NCBI RefSeq assembly: GCF_964355755.1
Contig: NC_092677.1
Location: 2,130,101-2,194,100, forward strand
Source: Antedon mediterranea
Lineage: Eukaryota; Animalia; Echinodermata
DNA: 64,000 nucleotides
Reading direction: 5' to 3'
Shown here: piece after piece, positions 1-14,423 of the stretch
Layout of the letters: every line of letters begins with the position of its first letter
Position numbering within the stretch: the stretch's first letter is position 1
Notes under the pieces: model-generated
What the model was told of the DNA's origin: nothing
Seen by the model: only the letters and a program-made list of their open reading frames with translations
Database searches by the model: none
Made by a program: the position numbers and the translations under genes

Positions 1-919
1 AGAAATTGCTGCATGATGATGAAGAAATGTCACAAAAGTTTACGGAACTCGGGAACAGTTTGCGGAAGTGACGGAAAAAGTTACAGTAATCAATGTGACC
101 TGTTCCGTGAAGCGTGTCGGTCCCTTGATTATAATTTGCAACAATTAAACGAGGGACCGTGTCCACCTGACCAACCACAAACAACCAAAATGAGTAAGTG
201 TTCCAATGTGTACATTTTTTAACGCCGCAAATGCGTAACGATTATCACGAAGCCATAAAGTCTATTCGGTACACAGCAGACATGACATTATGCTTGGTTC
301 CCACTAGAGACGCAACGCAAGGACGTAACGCAGCGTAAGGGATTTGACCAATCACAAGCGATGGATTTATTCGACTTTCGCATATCATTGGTCAACACCC
401 TTGCGTTGCGTATACGTCCTTGCGTTGCGTCATAGTGGGAACCAAGCTTAGGTGCACACAAGGCTGTTAAGCACAGAGTACGAACATGCACGAGCAGATA
501 TTCCACACCACACACAGTATGTACGTCGTGTTTACAGGGCACACACGCGCGTATTGTTGTAGTATTCTTCAAAACGCATGCGTGCACACTATACCCGGAC
601 GCATGTGATGTAGTCAGACGCTACATTATACGAGCTAATATACTTATTGTACCTAGTGAATATTGACTTGTCCGCCTAAATTAATGATTCGATCCATTTT
701 TACTACATGTACACTAAACTGTCGTATTGTCTTCCTTCAGAGTTCTCAATGATCGAGTGTTTATCTACATTTCATTGTCCAATCGAGTTGGCGTTAGCTG
801 GTGAGGTTTGTTCCGATGTTGGTACCACGTATCAGGACGAATGCGCACTTAGGTTTGATAGCTGTTGGGGTGACAATCGCAATATTGGATTAGACTATAT
901 TGGACGTTGTAAACCTTGA
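1..919 (+). CDS. Kazal-domain protein (serine protease inhibitor/follistatin/agrin-like), last two coding exons; 5' part lies outside the window
   Basis: Exons <1..193 (donor a|gtaagt) and 741..919 (acceptor cttccttcag|) join in frame. Two Kazal motifs: VCGSDGKSYSNQCDLFREAC...GPC and VCSDVGTTYQDECALRFDSC...GRC*. Confidence 0.85.
290..449. mobile_element. MITE family A (~160 bp, TIR aagcttggttcccactag...ctagtgggaaccaagctt), representative copy
   Basis: Near-palindromic element with internal ccaatcacaagcga. Further full or partial copies at about 1472, 2612, 8657, 14881, 16890, 17680, 22795, 30113, 31405, 35549, 36027, 40803, 41650, 52641, 55690, 58538 and 59197. Confidence 0.8.
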
Positions 920-1471
920 TGTCACGTGTTTTCAAATGTCACAGGTCATCACCAGCCATCCCTTTAATATGATAATGCATTGGAATATTGTCACATCGTA
1001 AGCAGATGAAATACATTAAAGAAACCAGAGAGACATTACATGCAAAACCATGTAAAAGAAATGGCACGATGATGAACATACTGTTTCGTCGTCGTCGAAT
1101 GCGGAGTTCCCCCCTCCCCACCCTCTCTGAATCCTCTTGTTCCCTCCTTATCGACGATAACAATAAGTGGTTCGTTCGGCCAGACCAAATCTCTCTGTGA
1201 CGTAACGGTACCGCTTGTTCCACGGCCACTCTCCTACTGATGTACTCCACTTACTCCCAACTTACACCCGCATCTTCAGCTCACAACTTCTACTGGGCCT
1301 GTAGTTTACGCTGCATATAAATACGCAAACTATAATAAACACAATCTCCTCTCCTTAGTCTCCTCTGGACAGTCGATGAATTCGATCCACGGCAAGGGTT
1401 TCTTCAAACTCGTTCCTCCGACATCAACCCTGCCATATTTAGGCCTACAATCTGTAATCCATACGCTAGTT

Positions 1472-1633
1472 AAGCTTGGTTCTCACTAGCGACGCAACGC
1501 AAGGACGTAACGCAACGTAAATGATTTGTCCAATCACAAGCGATGGATTATTCGAACAGTGGCTTGTCATTGGTTAACTCGCTTGCGTTGCTCGTACGTC
1601 CTCGCGTTGCGTCTCTAGTGGGAACCACGCTTT
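1472..1633. mobile_element. MITE family A copy
   Basis: aagcttggttctcactagcgacgcaacg...cgttgcgtctctagtgggaaccacgcttt. Confidence 0.8.
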
Positions 1634-2885
1634 AATACCAATAATACGATTCCTGCGTGTTACTGTTACGTGTTTTTGCAAGCAGTTGAAATATTGTACA
1701 TAATATAATAAACACTATTTAAGATAAGTCTATTTATAATATTTTAACATAATTAATGTTGCCTAGAACATACATTTATAAATGTATTCATCTTTTTTAT
1801 ATAAAAACTGAAACAAAATGATTTGTTAATAAAACAGAGTAATTTTTAATGAATTTGGTTTTTTTTTAAATTAGATATCCGCATGTAATTACTCTTGCTA
1901 CTTGTCTAATATTGACTGAATTGAAAAATTACCTTACGAAATAGATAGGGGTATCTTAAAAGAGCTCCTGTATATTAATTATTAACTAATATGGATCACC
2001 TATTATGGCGACGAGCTTACATCTATATTGAAAATTGCACACAAAAAAACGTTTAAAAGAAGTTACGGTATCATTTTCCAAATCTATCTTCATTATTTTT
2101 GTGCTGCTTTTATTATTAGACAAAATATTGATTTGTGTCCAATCAAAGTGAAATATTTTGACATAAAACAGCAGATGCAGTATTTTGTCATCAGCGTAGA
2201 AGTGATAAATCACAATTGTGTTAACAGATAATTAGCTTCTTCGTGTGTGAGTGGCAGACAATCGAAAAGCGCGCCACCGGACATCCTGACACGCATGCTC
2301 TGTCAGGTAAAACGTCGCGTCACCCACCTGTTTCGAACGGTCGCGGAAACAATTTTTTTGTACAAATATTGTATAAATAAATGTAAGCCTAGTGACTGCA
2401 TAATAAGTAGAATATTCATTTTAAATGAGAACATAAAATTAATGATGTTAAACATACTGTGACGAGTCCAAAAAAAACCGATCATAAACCTCTGTGGACA
2501 ACCTACCAACCACAACGAAACATTAAGAAAACGATTTTCGATTTAATTATTATTTCTTTATTATACCATAGAAATCTGTTATTAATTATCATTTATTAAT
2601 AAAGACTCTTAAAAGCTTAGTTCCCATTGGACGTTGCGTCCAATGACGAACACGACGCAACGCAGGCAATTTTACCAATCAGAACCGAATAAAAGGTGGT
2701 TCCCACTAGCGACGCAACACAAGGACGTAACGCAACGCAAGTGAATTGACCAATCACAAGCGATGGCTTATTCGGTTGTGATTGCTAACTGTCTATAACT
2801 TCGCTTGTCAGTGGTTGAAACGCTTGCGTTGCGTTTACGTCCTTGAGTTGCATCATTCAATGGGAATCAAGCATATTTTCTCTAA

Positions 2886-3041
2886 AACTCTGTTCTTTAC
2901 TGTCAAACTAGTTTGACAAAAAAAGTGTGATGTTCCCAAATATGGTAGTGATATGCCCTAATGTGGTAGTGATATGACATCATCATGTCCATATGTGGGC
3001 ACATTTTTTTGTCACATAAAATTTGATAATGTGACAGATCT
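2886..3041. mobile_element. MITE family B (~170 bp, TIR aagctctgtctacactatcaaact...agtttgatagtgtagacagagctt), representative copy
   Basis: Internal tgtgatgtgcccaaatatggtagtgatatg motif. Further copies at about 5217, 10020, 10289, 18502, 24325, 33255, 38306, 46345, 54848, 56573 and 62058. Confidence 0.75.
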
Positions 3042-3481
3042 TTACAAAGGATCAGATTCACATATCGTATATCCGTCATCATACCTTCTTTGAAACCCTT
3101 TTATTTACACTAAATGCAATCAAAATGGTGCAGGTGTCAAATATATCACAAATTGGAACAACTGACAACATATTGCCGTTAAATTCAACACATATCAAGT
3201 AAACAACACGCCATCCCGGAAAACATCTAAATAACATTGAACCAATACCATTGAGACTTCAATCTCATGTAAACACAACCTATGATGGTTTGTATGCATT
3301 GTGTTTACACGGTGCCTACGGCTCAAAATCACGAAGTCAATGAATCCGTATAAATAACCTACGACACTATCCCTCGGGAAAAGTTTCTTTCAAAGTTGTC
3401 TTGGGTAATTATTCGTTGAGGAGTGTGCTGTATTGTGACCGCTGTTCATTTACTGAACGAAATCATTCGGTAGCGTGCTGT

Positions 3482-3495
3482 GTAGCCGTAGCAAC
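3482..3495 (+). promoter_or_regulatory. RFX X-box, just upstream of a candidate non-coding first exon ending at donor 3686
   Basis: GTAGCC-GT-AGCAAC matches the consensus GTNRCC-N0-3-RGYAAC. A strong donor aacaag|gtaatt follows at 3686/3687. Confidence 0.45.
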
Positions 3496-5659
3496 GCGTC
3501 TCTTGGATATTTGTCGAAAATTCGACGTAATTAGATGTTTGAGTAACTAGATATCTGAGTAGACCTGTGAAATCGTCATTTTTGTGTGATTTTCATTTAT
3601 ATTATATTTTGTTCTAAATCGTTTGGCATTATATCGACCATATTACTTGCTATCAACTAGTGTATACGAAAAGCCGTTGGAACAAGGTAATTCGTTTTTT
3701 CTTTGTATTGTAAGCAATTGCAAAATATTATATTGTATCCTTATCGCCGCCACCTAAGAAGCAAATACTGTTAACTATGCCAGATGGAATCAAATTGAAA
3801 AATGTGCAAGGTATATAATTTTTCTTATTGAATGTTTCGATTTTGCTGATGCGATACTATTTTAATAGTATATAAAAATACTCCAATACCACATTTCTTT
3901 ACCAAATATCGTCCACGTGTATTATTCGAGTTAAATTCGAGGACTAAAAGTTTACTTTCGGAATGTGATGTTTTTTTCAATCAACACCCACGTTTAAAAT
4001 AGTGCCTTTCTCAGACTAACGGCTTTCATGCTCTTAGGTGGGTTATAACACGTCCTATGCTGAACAACACACACTCCTAAAATATTCCCCTTTTGAGTTT
4101 TAAATGTACCTTCGGCGGACGTGTTGTGTGGTATGTGGATATCGTGTGGTAGTGTATATTTGTCGTGTTTAGTGTATAAGGAACGGTTCATTGAAATGAT
4201 AGTTTCGCATGTAAAGTGTCAAATTAATTCTTTATTTGGCTGAGAAGGGTATGTTAGAATAAATATTTATATTCTTCCCGTTCTGGCTTGTTTTAATCAT
4301 TATCGTTAACTCAATTCTGTGTAGAGTTGAAAATATATCTATTTTTGTAATATATACATCTACTGGCAAATCAAATACATTAATACCGTGGTTTACAGTG
4401 GCTTGATCTACAAAATAAATAAGCAGAAAGCGGGAGAGTGAACCGCCGAACAAAATAAATCTAAAATAACAACATTTAAGAAATATTTAAGACGGTGACT
4501 CACTAAATAACTGTCATCAGATAATATCGTGCGAATTTAGAGGATGATACAAACATTTTGTTTAAAAATAATTCAATAACTTTGGTAGTAATTGTTCAAT
4601 AAGAAATAAACTGGTTGCATTGTTGACTCATGGGAAGTGAGTAGCTGGGATTGCTAGACTTGCTTGTCCAGACCACGATAATATCTGACCCGTTTATTGA
4701 TGGGTGGTTGCGACATTTTGTGGAGTTATGATACTATCGTCACGTGATGACACCAGCTTTTTAGACAGTCGATCGTGTGCAATATATCGGAAACACCCTT
4801 GTAGTTTCGCTCAGCGTGTTTTTATTAGTCGGTGTTTCTGGGCGTTTTTTCCTAAATAAAAACCAAATTGATGTCTGGACAGAACTCGGTATAGAAGTTC
4901 ATGATTAACAATTATTCTGAGTCAATTTCCAAATAGAATTAAGAATTGGATTATATCACTCAATACCAACACCGGTTCTAATGAGAAAACGCAGTAAATT
5001 TTACTAATTCAATAGATGCGTCCGATAAGACAAACTGATGTGGTCTATGTAAAGCCTATTCACACGTGAAACGAAATGAAATCACTTATTTCGTCACCAA
5101 AAACATGACTAAACGAAAAATGCTTACAACCTATAAAAAGAAACATTTGATTACAAATTATAATTCGTAATAATATTTATTTAACAGTTGTCAACGTGTT
5201 TCCGGTCAGAATTGTTGCTGTGTCTGAACACAAGTAGTGATATGACATCATCATGTTGTCCATATAATGGGCACAACACATTTGTTTGTCACCAGTTTAA
5301 TAGTGTAGACAGAGCTTTAGTGCACTAAGCTGCTTCAGGAAATGTTTTCAAAGGCCTATTTTAATTATGAGTTCATTAAATGCCTTCTTAATTAACTCAA
5401 TTTATGATAAATAAACCTACATATGATGACGTCATACGTAACAACCAGTTGATATAATGACCACTTCATTGACGACAAGATTGTGATTTTAGTCACATTT
5501 TATGTTAATATATCTTCTTCAATCGTGAATGAAATCGGTTATTTCGTACGAAATGTATAAACCGAATCAGTGCACATCAACGTGCCAAAAGCACTTTCCA
5601 ACGGCATACATGCAGGAGTCAATCAGATATTAAAATTTAAGCTTTTTTTCCGTAAACTC

Positions 5660-5850
5660 GGTTACCAATCCTAGGGTCCTGGGTTGAAGTCCTGGCCGAT
5701 GATTTTTCTCATGACAAACTCCACTCTCAAAGACTTGCAATATATATACTTTGTTTATACATCTTTATGATGCTTGTCATATGAAGGATATTGCCACCTT
5801 TGAGGACAGTAAATTTCATCACTATGGTAAAAAAAATATTTAAAAAAAAA
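5660..5850 (+). mobile_element. 5'-truncated tRNA-derived SINE-like fragment with A-rich tail
   Basis: T-arm/B-box-like gggtcctgggttgaagtcctgg, then a body and an A-rich tail. Confidence 0.45.
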
Positions 5851-7629
5851 ACGTATTTGCAACATTTTTCTGAACTAATACCAATATGTTTTATGGAAAT
5901 CAGCAGCGTTATATCAATATCAGCGTTATATCAATATTCTGACACATATTAAAATAATAAAATTATGGAAGTTCGCCAGTGGACCGGCTCGAATACAATG
6001 ACTGTGTGGCTTAAGGTTTACCTCCCTAGGGGTGGAATCCATCCGGTGTGGCTTGTATGTGATCTGAGTCAGTATAAGTCACGTTGTTGGGATAGGCAGC
6101 AGCTGGGATAGAGGACGGGCGCGCGGCGGGTCGTTCTGGTACCTACATCCATGGACTAGTAAGGGGAACTCTAAAAAATTATTTGAATGGGTAATAACGT
6201 TGATTTGGAAGTGGGGACGGACGGGGATCTTTCACATAAGGGGTCCCCAACTTACATAAGAAAAAAAAAATCGCTAGCGGGGAGGTGTGTTCCAAATGAT
6301 CGGATACGACTAACCATTGCCACGAATAATACTGTTATAGAAGCATGGATATTTGTGTTTATCATGTGTAATGTATTACAAATAGGGTGGAGTAATATGA
6401 TATGATGTTGCATTAAATGAACTTATTTTAAGATTACACATGTAAGTCAGGTTTAAATGCATTAGTTATCATTATTTATATCGTTATACTTTAAAACCTA
6501 AGCGGCGATTAGGTCTAAGAAGATTTAATACGTTCGCTAGATATGTATTGACAAGTTTTCAGAAGTCATTCGATATTTAATCAGGAATATTTTTCAGGAA
6601 CGAATCACATTTCAATATACAAAGTCAATAACACGAATTGTATAACATGCATCTCATAAAGTATATTAAAAATCAAGTAGAAATCCTATTCTGACATTTA
6701 TTGGGTTAGGTTTGATCGTATATTGAGATTTTCTACGGGCTTTGTTGAATAATTTACAATTACCAGCAATGCGCATGCCTGAGCGTACAGTGTACGCGGC
6801 GAGTGAACACCATGTTAAATTAAAGACGCTTACTATTATAAATAACAAGTGACCCAGCTCGAACGGTGCAAGTATCGGACTTGCGGTTTAGTTGGAGATG
6901 TAGGAACACATTTTGGCTTAGTGCTATTATACACTATATAAGTACTGTCTAAATTGATAAAAGCACGTGACTTAAACTTCAATATCATCAATGATAACAT
7001 GACAGTGAACATGACCACATGTTATCTATGATGACTCCGGCCGGGTGGTGTGCATGCATGGGAGTGTCGGGATGAGCACTGCATTTCCGATACACGCTAT
7101 GCTTTATATGTGTATTTAATTTTAATTGATACTAAGCATATACTTATGACATAGAGCACGTTCGTAACAGACAGTCGACGTCTACAAGGCGGTATTAATG
7201 GTTTATATATTAACTCACCGGCAATATTGACAAGTTACATTTAGCTATGTATATATTTTTAAAGGTTAATTTGATTTTTTTTCTTTCGAGTACATTCTCA
7301 AGTTTCAAATCTCCCAGTATGTTTAAAGTTTAAACCACTCAAGACAACAGATATGTGCGCGTACAAAAGACGGAATATTTTAATCAGCGTTTGAACGCGC
7401 GCGTATAAAATCAGTAATATTTCAATCAGCGTTTGCACGCGCGCGTATAAGAACAGCATTATTTTAATCAGCGTTTGGACGCGCGTGCTCAAACCCGAAA
7501 CATTTTTAACACGCGCGTCAACTGTGTAGGATCCTTGTACTTGCGATTTTTTTAAATAATTTCATTATAGGTATAATATTTTTTGTATTTAGGTTTAAGT
7601 AGCATACATTTTTGCTAGGGGATTTTTTT

Positions 7630-7703
7630 TTGGTGGGGAGGGGGTGTGGTGGGGAGGGGGTGTGGTGGGGAGGGGGTGTGGTGGGGAGGGGATGTGGTGG
7701 GGG
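7630..7703 (+). repeat. G-rich short tandem repeat (G-quadruplex-capable)
   Basis: About 4 copies of gtggtggggagggggt. Confidence 0.7.
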
Positions 7704-10700
7704 ATCTAAAAGAGATACAGTGACGTTAAACAGATATGTCATTAACCGTTTCCATGATCTATCACATACGGTACATCAGGCGAATCAGGAAGTGTTTTAA
7801 TCCGTGTCATGTTAATATACTTAAATATAATCTCGTAACAAAAAATTTTGCCAGCCTTAAACCTTGAAAATGAATTCAAATTATATAAAAAGCTTAGGCT
7901 TAGCATTTGATTTATATTGAGAAGGTACAGCGATTTATATTAGCCGGTACATTTACTTTATGGTTCACAATAAGTAGGCTAGCCTAAACTTTCTCATCCG
8001 GCTTAGCCAGCCACGTTTCTCCAAGGGATTAGCGTCCCTGAACATAACCTTTACCCCTACTTCTTCGTTAAACGGGGTAGACTACATACAAGAAGCGTGA
8101 AGTGGCCGTCAAGGCCACTTCATAATCGACTGGGGTGCTCGTATAACGAGATAGGGATTTATGTGTAGACAAGGAAAAAGAATTGGCTAGCTCTAGTTGA
8201 ATTTATATCATTGTTGCATTGTGAGAATTAAAGGAAAGTTTACCAGTATTTCGCCGTTGCTTATAACATTAACAATCCTCATGTTATTCATAAAGGCCTA
8301 CAGTTTTGTTTTTACCATGTAGGCATATTTTAACTTTAAAATGTTTTAGCGGATATTGGAGATACACAACATTATTTAGTGTAGTCATACGAAAGTGAAA
8401 TTATATAGAGAATATATTATAGGCCGAGCTGTTTGACTGTTTGACCTTACAGCCACTGAATCAACACCCCACATGAACCCGGGTTACTTATTCAGCTTAA
8501 TGATGTTTTTAGTACTAGGCCTATCAAAATATAATTATGGTACGAAATCGTTGTATTGCTTTGCTAATTTACAATTGACACAATTTTGCTTTCTCTCGTA
8601 TATTTCTTACTGCATCTCAATTTTATTTATTTATTGTGTACACATTTTAAAGATGTGTTCTCGCTAGTAGGACGCGCAACGTACGCGCACGCACATCACA
8701 AGTGATCTGACAAATTGGATGAACAGCCGCTTGTGATTGGTCAAATTAGTCTTGCGTTGTGCATGTGTGAAGAAAGACATCTTACAAACTCTAGATTGTA
8801 TTCTTGGTCAGACTATAACCATTGATGGCCATTATCAAAATGTGTATGAAGAAATTAGATTCACTAATTACTGGGTACGGTACCACTTAGGATTAAAACT
8901 CAACTCTCGACCCCATTCTGAATTGCAAACACGTAGCGTGTCAAACGAGCGGATATCTGAATTACATACTTCCCACCATGCTAACTGCGATAAATGAACA
9001 AAAAATGTTTTTAAAATACAGATAAGAAGTTGCAGTGTAAATACAGTGTTGCGAAAACATTTTTTTTTAAACATTTTCTTTTGTATATAGTAATACTGCC
9101 CTATTTTCATATCACAATGGCCTACTGTGACATAAACATGTTCAAGTGTATAGCTAATAACTTTAGCGTTACTCTCGCAAACGGACCGTATCATTGGCCT
9201 TCTCTCTGTGGCCAAACAGGAACATTTAACAGTACCAATAGGCCCAATTATTAGTTTATTATATTATACCATAACAAGACGGGTATACATTAAAATATCA
9301 TCAGAGGCCTGGTTTGTATATGAGACAAAGAACACGGTTAACCTCGTGAAAAACGACGAGGCACATCGCCTACGTGATGACCACGCCCGTTAACAAATTT
9401 AAAAATACGCCTCCGTATTGTAAACATGTACTTTGTTTTAACCGGTTATCACCCTCATTTCCAATTGCTTAATAAACAAAACTATTTAGGAAAAGTTTAA
9501 TAACTTCGAGTGTAATGGGTCTAATCATGGGTGGATACAAATTGTGCTGATGATTACCGGAATACGGATTATAATTTAGCATTATTACAATAAAGAAACT
9601 AAATTGTTGTAATCCTATCGAAGGAGGTAAAACCGGTTAGTGAAATACACACATTACCTTCCTTTATACCTTTCTATTGAGGGAACGCCAGAATACAATT
9701 TACTGTATATTTGACCTTAATAATAATTAAGCCTAATTAGAATGTATTAAAAAGATTATGAAATGAGGCCTAGTGAAGAAAAATACCTTCAGAATGTTAA
9801 AATTTGGAAAATGTTCAAGTTATGCTGCCGATCTCTGATTATAATGTTTGTTACATTGATAAGAAAACTGTGTTTCCTCTCTAGGGGTTGATTAAAATGT
9901 TAAAAGCTGCGGCAAATAATTAGCAACAATATCATATACGTAACAATACCAACAATAGTTGGAAAATGAATGATGATAAAGCATAGATGATGAAATGATC
10001 GTGTGCAGGGCCAGGAATAAAGCTGTTTACACTATCAAACTAGTTTGACAAAAAAGTATGATGTGCCCAAATTTGTCAAACTAGTTTGATAGTGTAAACA
10101 GAACTTAAGGAGATGATATGGTATTAATATGACGTCACCAAACTATACAAACAAATATATCAATTCTTATTCACAAACTTCTGATGACGTCATCATTCGT
10201 AACCGGTACAAAAGGCTCGTCGCAATGTATGTCAAATAAAAACCCTTATTATAAACCTTACCGTACGTGTCTTTATTCTGGCTAACCTAAGCTCTGTCTA
10301 TACATCATCACACTTTATGTGACAACAAAATGTGATGTGCCCAAATATGGAAGTGATATGCACACATATGGTAATGGAAATGACATCATGTCCATATTTG
10401 GGCACATCACATTTTTGCTGTCACATAAAGTTTGATAGTGGAGTCGAGACCGTAGAGCGTATGTAAGTCTCAATGCTCGCGATATCACCGATATTTTGAA
10501 CAATCTGAGTAATTTCTCTACAAAAGAACTTTTAAAACGGTATTGTAAACAACTTACAGGCATGTATTATGGTGACTCAATCGGATTTGGAAAAACAAAT
10601 TTATGATAATTGTTTTGTCATTATGTATCACTGAATAATTATATTATTGTAGTCTCCAGAGTTTAGGCCTACTTGGGTTTAGGCAAAAGAAAAAGAATAA

Positions 10701-10845
10701 TAATAATAATAATATGTTGGGGGAAAATAAGTTTTATTATAGCTCTATCAAAGTTCCTTTTACAATCTGATCTTTGTAAAAATGTTATAATAAAATTAGT
10801 ATTCCTTCAATATGATCCACAAAAAATAACTGGGGTAATAATACT

Positions 10846-10910
10846 CGGCGCTTAGATGTCTAACAACATTAGGCGCTATATAAATCCTGGATATTATTAT
10901 TATTATTAAT
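10846..10910 (+). mobile_element. L2/CR1-type LINE or SINE 3' tail remnant
   Basis: gcgc...gcgctatataaat...(att)n. A similar tail lies at 44572..44632. Confidence 0.5.
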
Positions 10911-12276
10911 TATTCACTCTCGGTATGGTGTTTCGTTTTTTAAAACAAGATATTTTTCGTTTTTAAAACAATAATTACGATCAGAAGACAAAAATAGTTA
11001 GCCAACACACCATACTTTGAATATTGATGAAGAAAGAATAAACAATTTATCATAGATACAATATGAGTGGTGCGTGGTTAAAAGATGGCCGCGTTAACAG
11101 ATTTGTGACGCGGACGCAGCGCGCAATGTTAGTAGTTCATCATCTATTGAAATTAATAAAAGAGTATCAAATTTGCATTATAATTTGCAACGATTTGTAG
11201 TGTGTGTATGAACAGTAATTTAAACAAATTTTCAAAAATTGACCCTTTGCTGGTGAATAATCACAGGTGGTCACAACTCCAGGTGGTCAAGAAAACGTGT
11301 TCCGTTTCCTCCGATGCAAACCTTATCTTATAACGCGTCGTATAAGTCAGTCGTTTAAAATAGTCCCCGCCGCATATCGTGTGTATATAACGATAAGGTA
11401 ATATGTTGCCTTACTTGTGCCTGTATGTCTATTTTTAAACCGGTGGATTAAGTGTGCGTTGGATATAGGTCAAAGAGTAGTACAATTATAACATAATTAT
11501 TATTTGATTTTATCGCCACTTATGGATGTGGTCACGGGGTTAGTGGAGCGCCACTGGCAGTATGCTCAATCAAACTAAACGCGTTCAGCAGCGCACAAAG
11601 GAAACGCATTCACACTTGTTCTACAACATAAATGATGTATCAAAACATTGTCAATTTCATGTCTATTACATTTACGCACGTCAGTCGCATGATTTCTAAA
11701 TTGAGCTAATCTTATATTAATGTATTATTAGCTTGATGATAGATTAACCACCGTGTATGGTGAGCACAAGCAAGCGTCGTCAACAACACTCATTACGTCA
11801 TTCTTGAGATTATACGATAGTATTTTTGTTATTGCCTTTATTAATCAAACTCATAATAATGATTACATAATGCAATGTTGCTGCATTCGGTGAATGACTT
11901 TTTTGTATGATTTATCACTTGCTTAAAAAAGCGTATATCTCCACGACCGGTCACTTACATAATTCTCTCGTTTTCTGTCTAACGCGTTCTACGTAGCGCG
12001 CGCTACGTGTGATTGCATATTTTGATTGGTAAAGCTTATTTCCTATATACTATATATAATATACGCAATACCCTAATGCATTATGATCATCGGATATCAC
12101 GTGACTAAAGTCGTCAACGATACAGGGCGCGTGTGACACAAACTCAACCAATATTGTGTGTCATTGCAGTTGTGTTCTACTTTATACATACTTGTATATG
12201 AATGCAACTTTCCATTAATATTACATATATTGAGACTAATATAAAGATCACTACTTAAGTATTTTTCTTATTGCAG

Positions 12277-12312
12277 GCTAAATGCGCTTTGTGGATAAAT
12301 ATTACGCTACTG
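12277..12312 (+). other. Candidate 36-nt 5'-UTR exon of the GPR156-like gene
   Basis: Good acceptor ttttcttattgcag| and consensus donor ctg|gtaagt. Other candidate UTR exons end at 11397 and span 16077..16171. Confidence 0.35.
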
Positions 12313-12465
12313 GTAAGTTTGATTTTATATTCAATATTGATTGCCTGGGGTTAAATGAGGAAAAAGATTCCATACAACTTCTGCATTTTTACTATGTTTT
12401 GCCTTTAGCAAACGTTGTTTAGGCATTTTCTGCGTGCAGTAGTGGGGATGGTACCCTTACTAATC

Positions 12466-12803
12466 TGTTTTGATGAGACGTCTCCTTAACAGCGGTCCTC
12501 TGTATTGATGAGACGTCCCTTTAATAGCGGTCTTTTGTTTTGATGAGATGTCCCCTTAATAGCGGTCTTTTGTTTTGATGAGACGTCCCCTTAATAGCGG
12601 TCCTCTGTATTGATGAGACGTCCCTTTAATATAGCGATCCTCTGTATTGACGAGACGTTCCCTTAATAGCGGCGCTCTGTTTTGATGAGACGTCCCCTTA
12701 ATAGCGGCCCTCTGTTTTGATGAGACGTCCCCTTAATAGCGGTCCTCTGTATTGATGAGAAGTCCCCTTAAAAGCGGTCCTCTGTTTTGATGAGATGTCC
12801 CTT
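12466..12803. repeat. 40-bp minisatellite, about 8 copies
   Basis: Unit ttgatgagacgtccccttaatagcggtcctctgt(a/t)t, approximately. Confidence 0.9.
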
Positions 12804-13663
12804 TGATGTCCAGTAAAAGTTGGATGTAATGGAATACAATACACGTTTACAGTAGCCAACGGGACGGTTGACCACTACCGATACGTCGGTGTTTTCATAC
12901 GTAATAATTTATCCCACGTAATTAAGTAAACTTTGTTTTAATTTCTCGACGTAATATAAAAACCAATGATTATAAATTAAAATACAGTATTGGATTGTGT
13001 GATGGTGTGGTGGTGGGGGTGGGGGATGCGTGCAGGAGCGTATTAAATATACAAAGATTATCCATCGTGTGTCCATATTTCATTTAATTATCAGACTTGT
13101 AAACCCAGTTTGTCGTCCGGGTGTATCTGTAATCGCGTCGGGAACACAAGCTAAACTGATTATTCCCTTAAGACCTGTACTAACCGGAGCACTGTGTCTT
13201 TAACATGTTCATTGCGGATGAATCATATCCAGTAAGAAGCCGACTAGGCCTTATGCCCTTTTTAAAAACAGAATCTTTTTCCGCAACCCGGGAATCGAGG
13301 AGGACCGGTATAGGAATCAGTAAATGACGACACAAGAAACATTGTTAGAACACTTGTACACGTGGGCCAACGAGTTAGACACGTGCAAACATTGACGCTG
13401 CGCTCAATACTATCAGTCATATGTTTAGTTAATGGGAGCAACACTCACGTGAGGATCTCGTACCACATTTAATAACAAACATCAGAACCTTATGTAATTT
13501 ACTATTTTTAATAAAACTTCAACTAATGTTACCTCTTGAAGCTTAGGTCCCGGATGTCTCACCATCTTTCACACTCACTCGACTCAGACATCAGTTTTAT
13601 TAAATATAAATCTTTACCATTTCCTGTGTTTATTTCCATCGTCTAGGGACTATTTTTATAAGG

Positions 13664-14423
13664 GTATGTTCAGACTCACGGAGTTACGGTGGAGTTATCT
13701 ACGCAAGGCGTACGGTAATCCGTGGCGTTAAAAGCCAAGGTGTTCAGACACAACGATCAACATTCCAATGCCTTGCGTTTAAAACACTCTGATCAGGTCA
13801 AAGCAGATAGAACTATATGTATACATTCATGACAATGCATGAAAGTTTACATCGTTTACATTGTTTTTTTTTAATTTTTATTCATATAATGTTTACCTTC
13901 AAATATACTGATTTGTTCTTACTACTTGTAGAATTGCATTTTAATTCAAAATAATTTAAAACGTAATTGTTACATGGACAATTATCTGATTAATTGATTT
14001 AATTTATGAAAATATCATATTACTGACGCCACCTTTACTATTCTTTAAAATCTGAACCTGAAAATACATTTGACATAGCTATTTCGCTGTCGTATCATGG
14101 GTACGGGTATGTAGTTGCTGTCTGCTAATCGTGGTCGTGTATTTTCATTGGTTAAGGTTAAAATCACTGATGCATCACTGGATTAGCGTTATGAAATCTA
14201 CCCTGTTCTATAATGTTCCCTATTATGTCATAATTAATCATGAATTATTCATGATTTCTGCCCACGTTCGTCCTGGAAAAAAAAATTACGCCTCCCGCTA
14301 GAGTTATTAACGCCACTGACGCGGAGTAACAGCTTCCTAACGCTAATCCACGGCATGGTTCAGACACAAAAATATGTACGCCGCTTACATAACTCCACCG
14401 TAACTCCATGAGTCTGAACATAC
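13664..14423. mobile_element. Non-autonomous DNA transposon (~760 bp, ~35-45 bp TIRs)
   Basis: gtatgttcagactcacggagttacggtggagttat at 13664; its reverse complement ataactccaccgtaactccatgagtctgaacatac ends at 14423. Confidence 0.8.
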